Source: Candidatus Latescibacterota bacterium (GTDB taxonomy: Bacteria; Latescibacterota; UBA2968; UBA8231). Taken from it: 64,000 nt of DNA. Made by a program: the position numbers and the translations under genes. Below the pieces are notes generated by a model that did not search any database, was not told the DNA's origin, and saw nothing but the letters and a program-made list of their open reading frames with translations. The stretch spans positions 5,536,001 to 5,600,000 of the forward strand of contig CBDETK010000013.1 of assembly GCA_965242865.1 (NCBI GenBank), written 5' to 3'. Below, in pieces: positions 9,446 through 19,967 of the stretch (positions are counted from its first letter, which is position 1; each line of letters begins with the position of its first letter).

Positions 9446-11258
9446 AACGCTCTTCCGCCGATTCCATCCCAGCCGATCGGTCCTGTGCTCCCTACTCGCC
9501 GTTTCAGCTTGCTATGGGGCCGCGCTCTGCGTCCTCGAAAAACGCGGCTTTTGGATCACGGACAACGCCAACAAATTCCTCCAGGTCCAAGCCTTAGCGA
9601 ACAGTCGCTACACAGACTTTTCCATCCCTTGGCCCGGGCAGGTCGTCGATCCAGCCTTCGCGTACAACCCCCTGCCTTACTATTTCACGCACGTTGAGTC
9701 CGGCACACTCTATTCCGTCTTCTCGCCGGTCTTTGCCCTGATCTCGGCCTTGTCTTTCGTCCATTTGGGGCACTGGGGGCTTTATCTGTTGCCGGTGCTC
9801 TCCGCGTTGGTCATGCTGGCCGGCTTGGCCCAACTGGCGCGGTTGGTGGCTCCCCGAATTGCGGTCGGGCACGTCGCGGTCCTCACGGCCGGGCTTTGCA
9901 CGCCGGTATTCTTCTACAGTCTCGCCTTCTGGGAGCACACCCCGGCGATTTGCTTGGGGATTTGGAGCGTGCGCTACCTGTTGCAGTTTCTCGCAGACTC
10001 CGCCCCCAAGCATCTATGCTTGGGCATGGTCGCGGCCGGACTATCGGTTTACTTCAGAGACGAGTTCTATTTGCTGTGCCTCGTGCTGGCCCTAGCCACC
10101 GCCTTTTACGCCCGCGCCAGCAGCTTAAAAATCCTCGTCTCGTCGGCCCTGCTCCTCTTCGCTTCCCTGCTGCCCCTCTGGGGGTTCCAATGGCTGACCA
10201 TCGGCCATCCGCTGGGGTATCATTTGAGTACGCACCTATCCACGGCGGCCGACTGGGTCCACCATCTCGCGGCGCGGCCGAGGGTGTTTTACAACCTCTT
10301 CGCCGCGTCCAACCCGATTCCCGCGCTGTCCCTCGTCCTCGCCCTTCCGTTCATCCTCGCCTTTGTCCTCAGCCCGCGCTTTGCTGCCCCGGCATTGCAA
10401 AAAGCCGTGCCCGCGTACAGCGCGGTGGCCCTGCTAAGCGCCGGTTTATCTCTCGGGGGCTATTTCTTCTCGGCGAGCCCGATCGACTACATGCTCAAGT
10501 CGTCCAATGCCCTGTTTGCCGCGGCCCCCTTTGTCGCCCTCGCCTTTTTGCGCTCGGCCGATTCCGACTTCCACCCTTTTAGACGCTGGATTTGGCTCGT
10601 CGCCTTGAGCTTTGCCGCGCTCTACGCCTTGGCCGCCCCCAAAGTGGGTTCCATGGGCATCCACTGGGGCAACCGCTACTTTCTGCTCCTCTATCCGCTC
10701 TTCGCGGTCTTAGCGGCCGGAAACTTGGTGGATTGGTTTACTACCCGACACCAGCCGCCCGCCTTCCCGGGATCGAGGGCCTCTTGCCCTCGTCGAGGGC
10801 GAGAGGCCCTCGATCCCGGACGCAAAACAAGGGTCGCGTGCTTATTCGATTGGCTAAAAGGCCGCTGGCCCGGCGTCCTCTCGGTGGGGGCTGTGCTGGC
10901 CTTGAGCTTGGCCGCCCAAGGGTATGGAATTTCGCTTCTCGCGCAAAAGAAAGCCTTCTCCCATCGCCTCAACAGGGAGCTGCGCCAGCGCAGCGAAGAG
11001 GTCGTCATCACCAACCTGCGCTGGGTTCCCCACGCCCTGTGCAGCGAATTTTACCAAAGGCCCTTCTTTTACGTCGCCACCCCCAGACACTACGAGAGCC
11101 TGTTGCAACGCCTTTCAGAGCAGGGGTACAAGTCCTATCTTTTTCTCACCCAGCACCGCGGTGGCCCGCGGCAACCCATCGTCGAGGTGGACGATGGGTC
11201 CCTGAACTTTTTCGAGCTACAGTTTTTTTCGGAAAAACTTCCGCCCCCTAGACTATAG
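9436..11258 (+). CDS. Multi-pass membrane GT-C-fold glycosyltransferase-like protein (start uncertain)
   Basis: Many TM segments; WITDNANKFLQ, YSLAFWEH, FRDE, WGNRY motifs. Confidence 0.65.
10767..10819. repeat. 53-bp near-perfect palindrome (REP-like) inside the glycosyltransferase CDS
   Basis: ccgggatcgagggcctct...agaggccctcgatcccgg; homologous to 17682-17733 in opposite orientation. Confidence 0.85.
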
Positions 11259-11382
11259 CAGTCCTACATCATTCAAGATCGTTCAAGACTGGATTCCCGC
11301 GTTCGCGGGAATGACGACTCATCGACAAAAAAGATGGCGACGATGAACATTCCGTGCTTTCAAGTCATTTAGGACAGTTATA
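11254..11382. mobile_element. MITE family A (IS630-type ends, TA target duplication), copy 1
   Basis: TA-TAGCAGTCCTACATCATT ... CATTTAGGACAGTTA-TA; highly similar to 25467-25584; left end matches the IS630 end at 48769. Confidence 0.85.
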
Positions 11383-13043
11383 TGACGAGGCTCGTAGCGA
11401 AAGCGATGTACGCGCTAGTAAGCGGAGGCTTCATCCTCCTAAGTACGGCCCTCCTAGCGGCCCAACCCCTGCCCACTCAGTTCGTCGACCGCGCCGCGGC
11501 CCTCGGCATCACGGCCCGCAACGTTTCGGGCAGCACCCAAGAATACATCGTTGAAACCGCGGTGGGTGGCTCGGCCTTTTTCGACTACGACAGCGACGGC
11601 GATGTCGATCTATACGTCGCCAACGGCTCCCGCTTTGAGGGGTTTCCACCGGGCCAAGCCCCAACCAACCACCTCTACCGCAATCAAGGGGATCGCTTTA
11701 TCGACGTCACGACCGCGGCCGGGGTCGGCGATACGAGTTGGTCTATGGGCTGTGCGGCTGCCGACTACGACAACGACGGCGATCTGGACCTGTACGTGAC
11801 CAACTTAGGCCGCAATACCTTCTACCAAAATCAGGGCGATGGCACTTTTGCGGAGGTTGCGGAAAGAGCGGGCGTCGGGGACGACCGTTGGGGCGTTGGC
11901 TGCGCTTTTGGCGATGCCGATTTAGACGGCTATGTCGATCTGTACGTGGCCAATTACATCGACTTTTCGCGGGACTATCGCTCGACCGTTCCCTGCGTGT
12001 GGAAGACCGTTGATATTTTTTGCGGCCCGCGCGGTTTGCTGCCGGCCGGCGATGTGTTCTACCACAACCGCGGCAACGGCACTTGGGCTGACCGCAGCGA
12101 GGAAGCCGGCATTGCCAGCGCAAAGTACTATGGGTACGGAGTCGCCTTTGGCGATTTCAACCGCGATGGCTGGCCCGACGTTTTCGTCGCCAACGACTCG
12201 GCCCCTAACAATCTGTACCAGAACCAAGGCGACGGGACCTTTGTCGATGAGGGCCTTAGCGCGGGCGTGGCCTATAGCGGGGACGGCACCGAACAGGGGT
12301 GCATGGGCGTCGCGGTCGGCGACTACGACAACGATGGCTACTTCGATATTTTCGTCACCAACTTTGAAGGCGAGTACAACACCCTCTACAAAAACCAGCG
12401 CGGCCTGTTTTTTCTTGACGTATCCTTTGTATCCCAGATTGCGGCGCGGGGCATTCCCGAGGTGGGATGGGGCGCGGGGTTTTTCGACTTTGACAACGAC
12501 GGCGACCAAGACCTGTTTGCGGCCAATGGCCACACCTACCCGCAAGCCGACTTGCCCCATACCAACAGCCGGTACGCCCAGCCCAACTTCCTCTACCAAA
12601 ACTTGGGCGACGGCACCTTTGCCGAGGTTGCGGCGCGCGGCGGCTCGGGCTTGGCCGTAGTCGAGGTGAGCCGAGGGGCCAGCTTTGCCGACTACGACCG
12701 CGACGGCGACATGGACCTCTTCGTCTTAAACCTCAACGGCACGCCCAATCTCCTGCGCAACGACCGCGGCCACGAGGGCAACTACCTGCAAATCGCCACC
12801 GTAGGCACCCGCAGCAACCGCGACGGCATTGGCACCCGAATCGAAATCAGTGCGGCCGGCACGCGCCAAGCCGCTGAGGTGCGCAGCGGCACCAGCTTCC
12901 TCTCCCACAGCGATCTCAAGGTCCACTTTGGTTTGGGCACTGCTGCCAGCGCCGACAGCGTCGTCCTCCACTGGCCCAGCGGCACGGTCCAGACGCTGCA
13001 CGCGGTCGCGGCCAATCAGGTCCTAACCGTGCGCGAGCCTTAG
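11382..13043 (+). CDS. CRTAC1-family protein (FG-GAP repeats + ASPIC/UnbV)
   Basis: Repeated DYDNDGDLDLYVTN; C-terminal NRDGIG...HFGLG...WPSG. Confidence 0.9.
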   Translation: MTRLVAKAMYALVSGGFILLSTALLAAQPLPTQFVDRAAALGITARNVSGSTQEYIVETAVGGSAFFDYDSDGDVDLYVANGSRFEGFPPGQAPTNHLYRNQGDRFIDVTTAAGVGDTSWSMGCAAADYDNDGDLDLYVTNLGRNTFYQNQGDGTFAEVAERAGVGDDRWGVGCAFGDADLDGYVDLYVANYIDFSRDYRSTVPCVWKTVDIFCGPRGLLPAGDVFYHNRGNGTWADRSEEAGIASAKYYGYGVAFGDFNRDGWPDVFVANDSAPNNLYQNQGDGTFVDEGLSAGVAYSGDGTEQGCMGVAVGDYDNDGYFDIFVTNFEGEYNTLYKNQRGLFFLDVSFVSQIAARGIPEVGWGAGFFDFDNDGDQDLFAANGHTYPQADLPHTNSRYAQPNFLYQNLGDGTFAEVAARGGSGLAVVEVSRGASFADYDRDGDMDLFVLNLNGTPNLLRNDRGHEGNYLQIATVGTRSNRDGIGTRIEISAAGTRQAAEVRSGTSFLSHSDLKVHFGLGTAASADSVVLHWPSGTVQTLHAVAANQVLTVREP

Positions 13044-13157
13044 CAAGCGGTCTTAACACTCCTGTTGCTTTTGGCTCGTCTTGCCTGACGACGCTAGAGG
13101 TCATTCCCGCGCAAGCGGGAATCCAGAAAAGGACCCAGCCGAATCAGAGAACGCTTC
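13043..13157 (-). mobile_element. MITE family B (IS5-type ends), degenerate copy, TTA target duplication
   Basis: Reverse-complement homolog of 17743-17876; TTA at 13040-42 and 13158-60. Confidence 0.75.
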
Positions 13158-13169
13158 TTAGCAACCAAC

Positions 13170-15101
13170 CTACCACCGCGTCACCACGGCATCCCACCCG
13201 GCCAGCAAATCCACCGCCATCCACAGACCCGCACTGCTGACTTGGCCCAGCACCATGCCGAGAAAGAAGGGCCGCAGCCGGCGAAAGAGTGTAATGCCGC
13301 CGTACTTCAAGGCGAGCCATTTTGCCAGCCAGCCCAGCGCCATACTCGACCAAGCGAAAAACATCACGTAAGTCCCCCCCACCGGCAGGCCGATCGGGTG
13401 AATGGGCCACCACAAGAAGCGGTGGCGCAGGTACAACAACAAAAACATCAGCCCGGCCCCCAAGCCGGTGAACGCGCCGCGCGGCCCCCAAAAATTCCAG
13501 TCGGCCACCGGATTGAGTTGGTTGGCCACCATGTCGTTAAACGTCCAGCGGCCCATAATGCTGTAAAACCAGTAGTGTAGATTGACCCCGCCGTAGGTGT
13601 ACGCGATGGAAAGGACCGTCCAAGCGGACGTGACCAAGCTCACGGCAATGGCCAGGAGCAACGCCCAAAAGAGCGGCGGTCGGCGCGTCCCAACAACCTC
13701 GGCCAGCCGGGTGCTGTTGGCCGCGGCCGCCATGACGGTCGTGCGAATGTCCCCGGCCCAGCCGTTGGCAAACCCGAGCACCGTCAGCCCTTGCGGCCCA
13801 ATGGGCGCGGTGCCCAGCGCATTGATCGCAAAGGCGGTGGGCGTCATCTGCGCTCGGCCATACCCCATGCCTCCCTCGGCGACGATGCGCGTCAAACCGA
13901 CGAAGACCACAAAGGCGATGGCGAGCAACAGCAGGGCCGCTCCCACCGGCAGTCCCGCGCTTTTTAGCCACACTACCGCGTAGAGGAAGGCCCCGAGCAG
14001 GAGCCACACGGCCTTGCGGTAGGAGAGCATCGTCCCCGCGTCCGCCCGCGGTTCCCTTTTCCACGCCCCGACGACGATTCTTTTGAGGTGCCGCCGAGCG
14101 GTCCACAAGCAGGCCGCGACCAGGGCGATCAACGCCCCCATGGCCTGCTGGGCGGTTGCGATGGACCCTTCGGTGTGCATCAGCCGAATTTCTGCAATGC
14201 TGAAGCCGAGGGTGTTGAAAAGGCCCAACTGGAAGAAGTTGAGCAAGTAGAAAAACCACAGACTAAAGGAGACCTCTAGGCTCAGGAAGTACGTCAGGCC
14301 GAGGACGATAAACCACAAGTTGAACAAGACGCCCCGCATATCGTGAAACACGGTCAGTTGGGTTGACAGCTCAATGGGGGGAACAAAGGGATAGTACTTG
14401 TGCAGGGCATTGATTCCCAATAGGACGAAGGGAATGGCAAATCCCAACCACATCAGCGGTTCCTTGAGAAAGGGATTGACCGCTGAGGGCCGGTCGTCCT
14501 CGTGGATCATGTACAGGGGCAACTGGACGAGCGGAAAGATCAAGCGCTCGTTGCGGGCCCATTGTTCGTGGAGCAGGGCCGACAGGGCGATCATCATCAA
14601 ATAGAGCGCGACCAAAAAGGAAGCCCACGCCAGCAGGGGCACCAACCACGCGCCCCAAGGGATGGCCGCCTCGTGGGGCAGCCCTTCGTAGAAGTACTTG
14701 ATCGCCATTGGGTCTTGCGGCGCCAGCCACGGCTGGATGTACGGGTGGAGCAGCTCGGCCCAGTTGTTTTCGGGCGTCGCGTAGTAATAGACGCCGGCCA
14801 AAAAGGGGACCAATTGAGCCGTGACCCCGGTGGAGGGAATGGCCGAAGCCGCGATCATCATGGCGTAGATCACCACCAACTCCCGGGCCGACAAGCTCCA
14901 CTGGCGTCCGATCCACTTGAGCGGAATGTTCACCAACAGCAGGAGAAAGAGGAGGAAGATCGCGCTCAGGGCGATGAAATCCCCGGTCCAATCGAGGGTT
15001 CCCATCACCAAGAGGCCGTAGGGAAAAACCGCGTTGATCGCCACGGCCATCAACGCGCCGACGAACAAGGCCCGATTGTCGCTGGCGACGAATGGGTTCA
15101 T
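13170..15101 (-). CDS. DUF6785/DUF6784-type multi-pass membrane protein (putative transporter)
   Basis: ELVVIYAMM, QWARNERLIFPLVQLP, RIVAEGG, WWPIHPIG, KYGG..LFRRLRPFFLG. Confidence 0.75.
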   Translation of the reverse strand: MNPFVASDNRALFVGALMAVAINAVFPYGLLVMGTLDWTGDFIALSAIFLLFLLLLVNIPLKWIGRQWSLSARELVVIYAMMIAASAIPSTGVTAQLVPFLAGVYYYATPENNWAELLHPYIQPWLAPQDPMAIKYFYEGLPHEAAIPWGAWLVPLLAWASFLVALYLMMIALSALLHEQWARNERLIFPLVQLPLYMIHEDDRPSAVNPFLKEPLMWLGFAIPFVLLGINALHKYYPFVPPIELSTQLTVFHDMRGVLFNLWFIVLGLTYFLSLEVSFSLWFFYLLNFFQLGLFNTLGFSIAEIRLMHTEGSIATAQQAMGALIALVAACLWTARRHLKRIVVGAWKREPRADAGTMLSYRKAVWLLLGAFLYAVVWLKSAGLPVGAALLLLAIAFVVFVGLTRIVAEGGMGYGRAQMTPTAFAINALGTAPIGPQGLTVLGFANGWAGDIRTTVMAAAANSTRLAEVVGTRRPPLFWALLLAIAVSLVTSAWTVLSIAYTYGGVNLHYWFYSIMGRWTFNDMVANQLNPVADWNFWGPRGAFTGLGAGLMFLLLYLRHRFLWWPIHPIGLPVGGTYVMFFAWSSMALGWLAKWLALKYGGITLFRRLRPFFLGMVLGQVSSAGLWMAVDLLAGWDAVVTRW

Positions 15102-17620
15102 TGGCGCGGCTGCCGACTGAGTTGCTCGGCCAGCAATCTGAAGAAATAGGCCGACGAGCTATCCGCGGGATTCGCCTGCAGGGCGCGCTGATAAGCCCTT
15201 GCTGCGGCCCGGTCGCGGTTTTGCAGCCGCATGATGTCTCCGGTTAGCGCGTGTTCTCCAGCCTTGAAGTACGCCTCCACCTGTTGCCGCACGGGAGCAG
15301 AGGGGGTCGTCAGCAGCGCCAGAGCCGAGGTGCGGTGCGGCGCCAAATCCTCCAATACCTCCCACGAGCCGCTGGCGTAGCCCCGCGGACTGACAAAGCT
15401 GATGTGGGGATGGTCGTCGGTGTTGAGCGGGCCCTCGCCCACATAGCGTCGCAGGGCGCGCTCGTCCAGCACGAGGCTGTTCAAGAGCGCGAACACATCC
15501 CCCAAGTCGATGTTCTCCAAGCTGCGCTGCACCCGCCGCGGCGTCATGTTCTCTCGGAGCCGCTCCCAATCAATCGCCAGCGGCTGCATGGTTCCCACCA
15601 TGATCGAGTAGTTGTTTGAGTGCCACAAGGTGGCGTGGGGAAAGACTCGCTGAAAGGTCCGCACAATGGTCTTGTAGTCGTCGGGAGGCAGGCCGTGAAA
15701 GGGCAGCCACTGCGCCATGATCCCGTCGGCGCTCAGGTGGGCGCGGCACAGCTCGTAAAACTCCTTGGTGTAGAGCACCCAGCTGTCGGCACTCGTCGGA
15801 TGGGTGGCGTCCCCGGTGATGACTTGGTAGGTGTCGCGGCTGGAGCGCAGAAAGTTGCGGCCATCGTCGATCACCAGTTCGACATTCCACGCCGTCGGAT
15901 TCTCCAAGACGTGGTGATTAAATTCGCCAAAGTGCGACCGGGCCGCGTCGATCACCTCCGGCACCAACTCAACGCAGGTGATGCGTCGCGGCTCGTACTG
16001 GGCCGCGGCCCCCAAGGCGATGCCGCCGCCCAAGGAGACGACCAACACCGCTTGCGGGTCGGGATGCAGGAGCAGGGGCAGATGGCCCAGCAGGCGGAAA
16101 ATTTGCAGGGAGCTGTAATCGGTCGGCACCTGCCCGCCTCCATTGAGGGCCATTTTGCGGAAGCCATCGGTTTGTCGCTCAACCGTGATGACGCCTTCGG
16201 CCCCCTCTTGGTAAAACACCAACTCTCGGTTGGCGGCCGCTGGCTCGGCAATGCGCCGCAGCACATCCGAGGGGACTAAGACCAGCAGCAGGGCCAAACC
16301 GGCCGCCCCACTCCAGACCCGCCACTGGCGTTGCTGGCTAACTAGGGCGACGGTTAGGCCCACCAAGCCATTCAGCCCCGCCAAGACCTTGACGCTCCAC
16401 TCGGTCCCCAGCAGCGGAATCAGCACAAACCCCGTCGCAAAGGCCCCCCCAACCGCGCCCAAGCTGTTGACCGCACCTATATCCCCGATGCCGCGCCCTA
16501 GACTCGTTAGGTGTCGCGTGTAGATTTGGCCGACCAGCGGAAAGATACCCCCCATCGCCAAGGTCGGCGGCAACATGATGGCAACGGCCGTAAAAAACAC
16601 CCCGGCCCTCGACACCCACCACGAGTCCGCCCGCTGGATCGGCTCCACGAGCGCGGGTACATGGGCAAAGGCCAACACGGACAGGGCGCCGCACGCGCCG
16701 ATCAAAAACTGGCCCCAGACAAAGAGCGACAGCAGGTTGACCGGCCGCGTAAGCAGCCGACTGCCCAGCCATCCTCCCGCGGCCAGTCCACTCAAAAAGG
16801 CCACCAAGACGATGCTGAACTCGTAGTGCGAATTAAAGGAAAAGCTCACCATCAAGAGCCGCATCCACGCCACTTCGTAGCCGAGCGCGGCAAAACCGGA
16901 GAGCGCGAAGCCGGCCAATACGCCCCACAGGACGCGGTTGGAGTGCGCGGTCTTTTTTACCGCCTCCTCAACGCCGACAGCTCGTTGGCTCCCCCACAGC
17001 CAAGCCGCGACCGCCACCGAGAAATTGACCGCGGCGATGGCTTGGGTCGTTCCCCGCAGCCCCAGCCCTTCCATCAGGCCGAAGGTCGCGGCCAACACGC
17101 CGACGACCGCCCCTAGCGTGTTGACCGCATAGAGTTGCCCGACCCGACCGCCCACCCGGCCCAGCCGCCGCACCGCAAATTTGGCCGCGACCGGCAGGGT
17201 CCCCCCCATCAGGGCCGTGGGGATCAAGAGCAGGGCAAAGCACAGGCCGAAGCGGGCCAAGGAAAAGAGATAGAAGTTCCCCTGTAACCCCACCAAAGCT
17301 CCGTAGGCAGTGCCCAAGTTCGCACTCATGCTGGGAAAGAGCAGGGCAAAGAGACCAATGCCGACTTCTAGCGCGGCAAAAACCCGCAGCGGGTGCTTGC
17401 AGCGGTCAATGCGCCGCCCCAACACATAGCTGCCCAAGGCCAGCCCCGCCATGAAGGCGCTGAGCACGGTGCTAGTCGCCAGTAGGGTGGTGCCGAAGAC
17501 GACGGTCAGCATCCGCGCCCACACGACCTGATAGACTAAACTGCTAACCCCCGAAAAAAAGAACAGGACCAAGAGGACCTTTTGTTCAGACCGCTCCAAG
17601 TCCCGGTCGCGTTCTTCCAC
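15098..17620 (-). CDS. Fused MFS-like membrane domain/spermidine synthase-like SAM-dependent protein
   Basis: FFFSGVSSLVYQVVW.R, LYAVNTLGA, LLLHPDPQAVLVVSLGGG, VELVPEV, DDGRNFL, LYTKEFY. Start placed at GTG 17620 because the upstream ORF extension is repeat DNA. Confidence 0.8.
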   Translation of the reverse strand: MEERDRDLERSEQKVLLVLFFFSGVSSLVYQVVWARMLTVVFGTTLLATSTVLSAFMAGLALGSYVLGRRIDRCKHPLRVFAALEVGIGLFALLFPSMSANLGTAYGALVGLQGNFYLFSLARFGLCFALLLIPTALMGGTLPVAAKFAVRRLGRVGGRVGQLYAVNTLGAVVGVLAATFGLMEGLGLRGTTQAIAAVNFSVAVAAWLWGSQRAVGVEEAVKKTAHSNRVLWGVLAGFALSGFAALGYEVAWMRLLMVSFSFNSHYEFSIVLVAFLSGLAAGGWLGSRLLTRPVNLLSLFVWGQFLIGACGALSVLAFAHVPALVEPIQRADSWWVSRAGVFFTAVAIMLPPTLAMGGIFPLVGQIYTRHLTSLGRGIGDIGAVNSLGAVGGAFATGFVLIPLLGTEWSVKVLAGLNGLVGLTVALVSQQRQWRVWSGAAGLALLLVLVPSDVLRRIAEPAAANRELVFYQEGAEGVITVERQTDGFRKMALNGGGQVPTDYSSLQIFRLLGHLPLLLHPDPQAVLVVSLGGGIALGAAAQYEPRRITCVELVPEVIDAARSHFGEFNHHVLENPTAWNVELVIDDGRNFLRSSRDTYQVITGDATHPTSADSWVLYTKEFYELCRAHLSADGIMAQWLPFHGLPPDDYKTIVRTFQRVFPHATLWHSNNYSIMVGTMQPLAIDWERLRENMTPRRVQRSLENIDLGDVFALLNSLVLDERALRRYVGEGPLNTDDHPHISFVSPRGYASGSWEVLEDLAPHRTSALALLTTPSAPVRQQVEAYFKAGEHALTGDIMRLQNRDRAAARAYQRALQANPADSSSAYFFRLLAEQLSRQPRQ

Positions 17621-17681
17621 GCTGAATGCTCTGGTTAGTGGTTGGTGGTTAGTGGCCTTACTGCTTGTTCCCGTTGCGCCT

Positions 17682-17733
17682 GGGATCGAGGGCGTCCCGC
17701 CCTCGACGAGGGCAAGATGCCCTCGATCCCGGG
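17682..17733. repeat. REP-like palindrome, second copy of the 10767 family
   Basis: gggatcgagggc...gccctcgatccc. Confidence 0.8.
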
Positions 17734-17742
17734 AGGCTCTAA

Positions 17743-17876
17743 GAAGCGTTCTTAAAACTAGGGTTTCGGTCTCTGATTCGGCTTGGTCCTTTGCTGGATT
17801 CCCGCTTGCGCGGGAATGACCGTACGAGTCGTCATGCAAGACTAGCCAAAAGCAACATGAGTTTTAAGAACGCTTC
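17743..17876 (+). mobile_element. MITE family B (IS5-type ends), intact copy, TAA target duplication
   Basis: Perfect 17-bp TIR GAAGCGTTCTTAAAACT; TAA at 17740-42 and 17877-79; TIR matches the IS5 element at 62671 in 15/17 positions. Confidence 0.9.
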
Positions 17877-19828
17877 TAAGGTTCCTCGGCGGTGAGTCGC
17901 TGGTTGGTCTGGATCGGGCCGTCCCAGGTCTGCACCTGACCCGAGGGCCAGCGCACCGTTAGGCGATCCACCGCCGTCGCCGTCCCCAAGCCAAAGTAGA
18001 GTCCCCAAGCACTCTGCGACAGATACCCGGACTGCCCATCCTGCACTTGGGTATATACCTGATCCCCGGCTCGTACTGCGACCACTGCGCCCAACCCATC
18101 TCGGTTCGACGATTTCCCCACCAGCACCACTTCCAAGTAGCGCAACTCCGTCTGCCGCTGACTTAGGTCGCTGAGCAAGACCTGCGGCACGCCATTGAAC
18201 TCGTTGGTCACAATGTCGAGATCGCCATCGCCCTCCACGTCGAACAGCGCGGACGAGCGCGTCCCCAAAGCGCCGTACACCAGCAAGCCGCCCTGTTGGC
18301 CCTCGCAGTTTTTGTGCTCCCGATCCGCCCCATCGCAGTCGAGGGCGAACCACGGCTGCGCGGTCCGACCGTGGCGGCGCGGCTCCACCCCTAAGACGAA
18401 CTCGCTGTCGAGGAAACCGCGCCCTCGGTCGTTGAGCAAGACGGTGTTGATGCCGTAGCGAAAGGGGTAATTCATGCTCGCCGCCACGAACACATCCTGC
18501 CAGCCATCGGCGTTGAGATCGCCGCTGCTCACCCCCCACGGCCAATAATTCTCCGCGCCGATTAGGTCGGAGATTTCTTCAAACCGCCCCTCGCCTATAT
18601 GGTGGTAAAAGGCGTTGCCGAAGATGCTCTGCCCGTCGCTCCGCAAAAAATCTTCTGGATACTGCATGTACGCCTTGAGCTTTTCGTCCCAAGGCCCGAC
18701 CGGCTGACTCATGTCGGAGTGCATGTCCGAGATGAAGAGATCCAGCCGGCTGTCGTTGTCGTAGTCGAGGGCCTTGATCCCCATCGCTCCCCACGGCGTT
18801 TTGGGGAACAGCACCCGGCTCTTTTTAATGAAATGCTGCCCGGCCGCGTTTTCGTAGTAGGCGTCGTGCCCCTGCATGTTGAGCACGTAGAGGTCCTGCC
18901 AGCCGTCGCCGTTGAAATCCACCGGACTGGCGTCGCCCGACCAGCTCGAATCCAACAACCCCACTTGGCGGGAGACCTCGGCGAACACCCGCTGCCCCAG
19001 ATTTTTGAACAACGCGCTCTGCTCGGCGCGCTCGGGCTTCAAATGCCCAGAGAAGGCATCCTTGAAACCTCGGTAGTACTGATAGGTCGCCCCCTCCTCC
19101 AGCCGCGTGGGATCGACCGCGGCCGTCCGCTTTTCGTCTTGGGTGTAGATTCCCACATTGGTCACAAACAGGTCTAGCAACCCATCGTTATCGTAGTCGA
19201 AGAACTCACCGGACGACGAGTGCGCCTGCCAGCCCGTGCCCGAATGCTCGGTTGCGTCCTCAAAGCGGCCAGCCCCGTCGTTGACCAAGAGCCGATTGCC
19301 CAACCGCACCGCGGTCGCGTACAGATCGATGTCGCCGTCGTTGTCAATGTCGCCAAACGACGCGCTGACCCCGATCCGGTCGGCCAGCTCCAGACTCGAC
19401 GTAGTGTGGTTTGCAAACCGCGCTCCCCCGAGATTGCGCCACAACTGATTGCTGCCCACTTGGGTCGTAAAGTAGAGGTCGTAGCGTCCATCGCCATCCA
19501 CGTCCCCCACCGCCAGCCCATTGCCGTGGTCGTAGTGGACCGGGATGTGGTCCTTGCCCGAATCCGCCACCACCCGATTGCGAAACGCAATGCCGCTGGC
19601 TGCGAGTTGGTCGGTAAAGGAGAAATCGCAAAAGACCGCGTAGGCTTGGGCGGCCTCCAACTGGGCTTGCTGGCGACGCGCCAACCAAGGAGGCTCGACG
19701 ATGGCGGCCGGCTCGGGAAAGGGCTTGAGCAGGGTTGCCGACCGGTCGGATTCAGCGCGGGCAATGGTTGAGGGAGCGAGCGCGAGAATGCACAGCGCAG
19801 TGAGAAAAGCCGCCTGACAATTGGACAT
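17876..19828 (-). CDS. CRTAC1-family protein (FG-GAP + ASPIC/UnbV)
   Basis: Signal peptide from MSNCQAAF; DVDGDG/DYDNDG repeats; NRDGLG...YFGLG...WPSG. Confidence 0.9.
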   Translation of the reverse strand: MSNCQAAFLTALCILALAPSTIARAESDRSATLLKPFPEPAAIVEPPWLARRQQAQLEAAQAYAVFCDFSFTDQLAASGIAFRNRVVADSGKDHIPVHYDHGNGLAVGDVDGDGRYDLYFTTQVGSNQLWRNLGGARFANHTTSSLELADRIGVSASFGDIDNDGDIDLYATAVRLGNRLLVNDGAGRFEDATEHSGTGWQAHSSSGEFFDYDNDGLLDLFVTNVGIYTQDEKRTAAVDPTRLEEGATYQYYRGFKDAFSGHLKPERAEQSALFKNLGQRVFAEVSRQVGLLDSSWSGDASPVDFNGDGWQDLYVLNMQGHDAYYENAAGQHFIKKSRVLFPKTPWGAMGIKALDYDNDSRLDLFISDMHSDMSQPVGPWDEKLKAYMQYPEDFLRSDGQSIFGNAFYHHIGEGRFEEISDLIGAENYWPWGVSSGDLNADGWQDVFVAASMNYPFRYGINTVLLNDRGRGFLDSEFVLGVEPRRHGRTAQPWFALDCDGADREHKNCEGQQGGLLVYGALGTRSSALFDVEGDGDLDIVTNEFNGVPQVLLSDLSQRQTELRYLEVVLVGKSSNRDGLGAVVAVRAGDQVYTQVQDGQSGYLSQSAWGLYFGLGTATAVDRLTVRWPSGQVQTWDGPIQTNQRLTAEEP

Positions 19829-19967
19829 GTTATCGCAATCTCGTGAGAAGGGCGTCAAGAAAGCGGCATTTACCCGCTCTGTCAAGAGAGTGCGCCTTGC
19901 CGCCCCGTCGGCGCGTTGGATATTATGGAACGCTCGCAAAGCCAATGTCCCGAAGCCTTCACACGCC

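Noticed and set aside
17621-17839. 73-aa N-terminal extension of the 913-aa ORF
   Set aside because: It translates the MITE, palindrome and heptamer repeats (HSRASGNP, EGGTPSIP); the real start is most likely near 17620.
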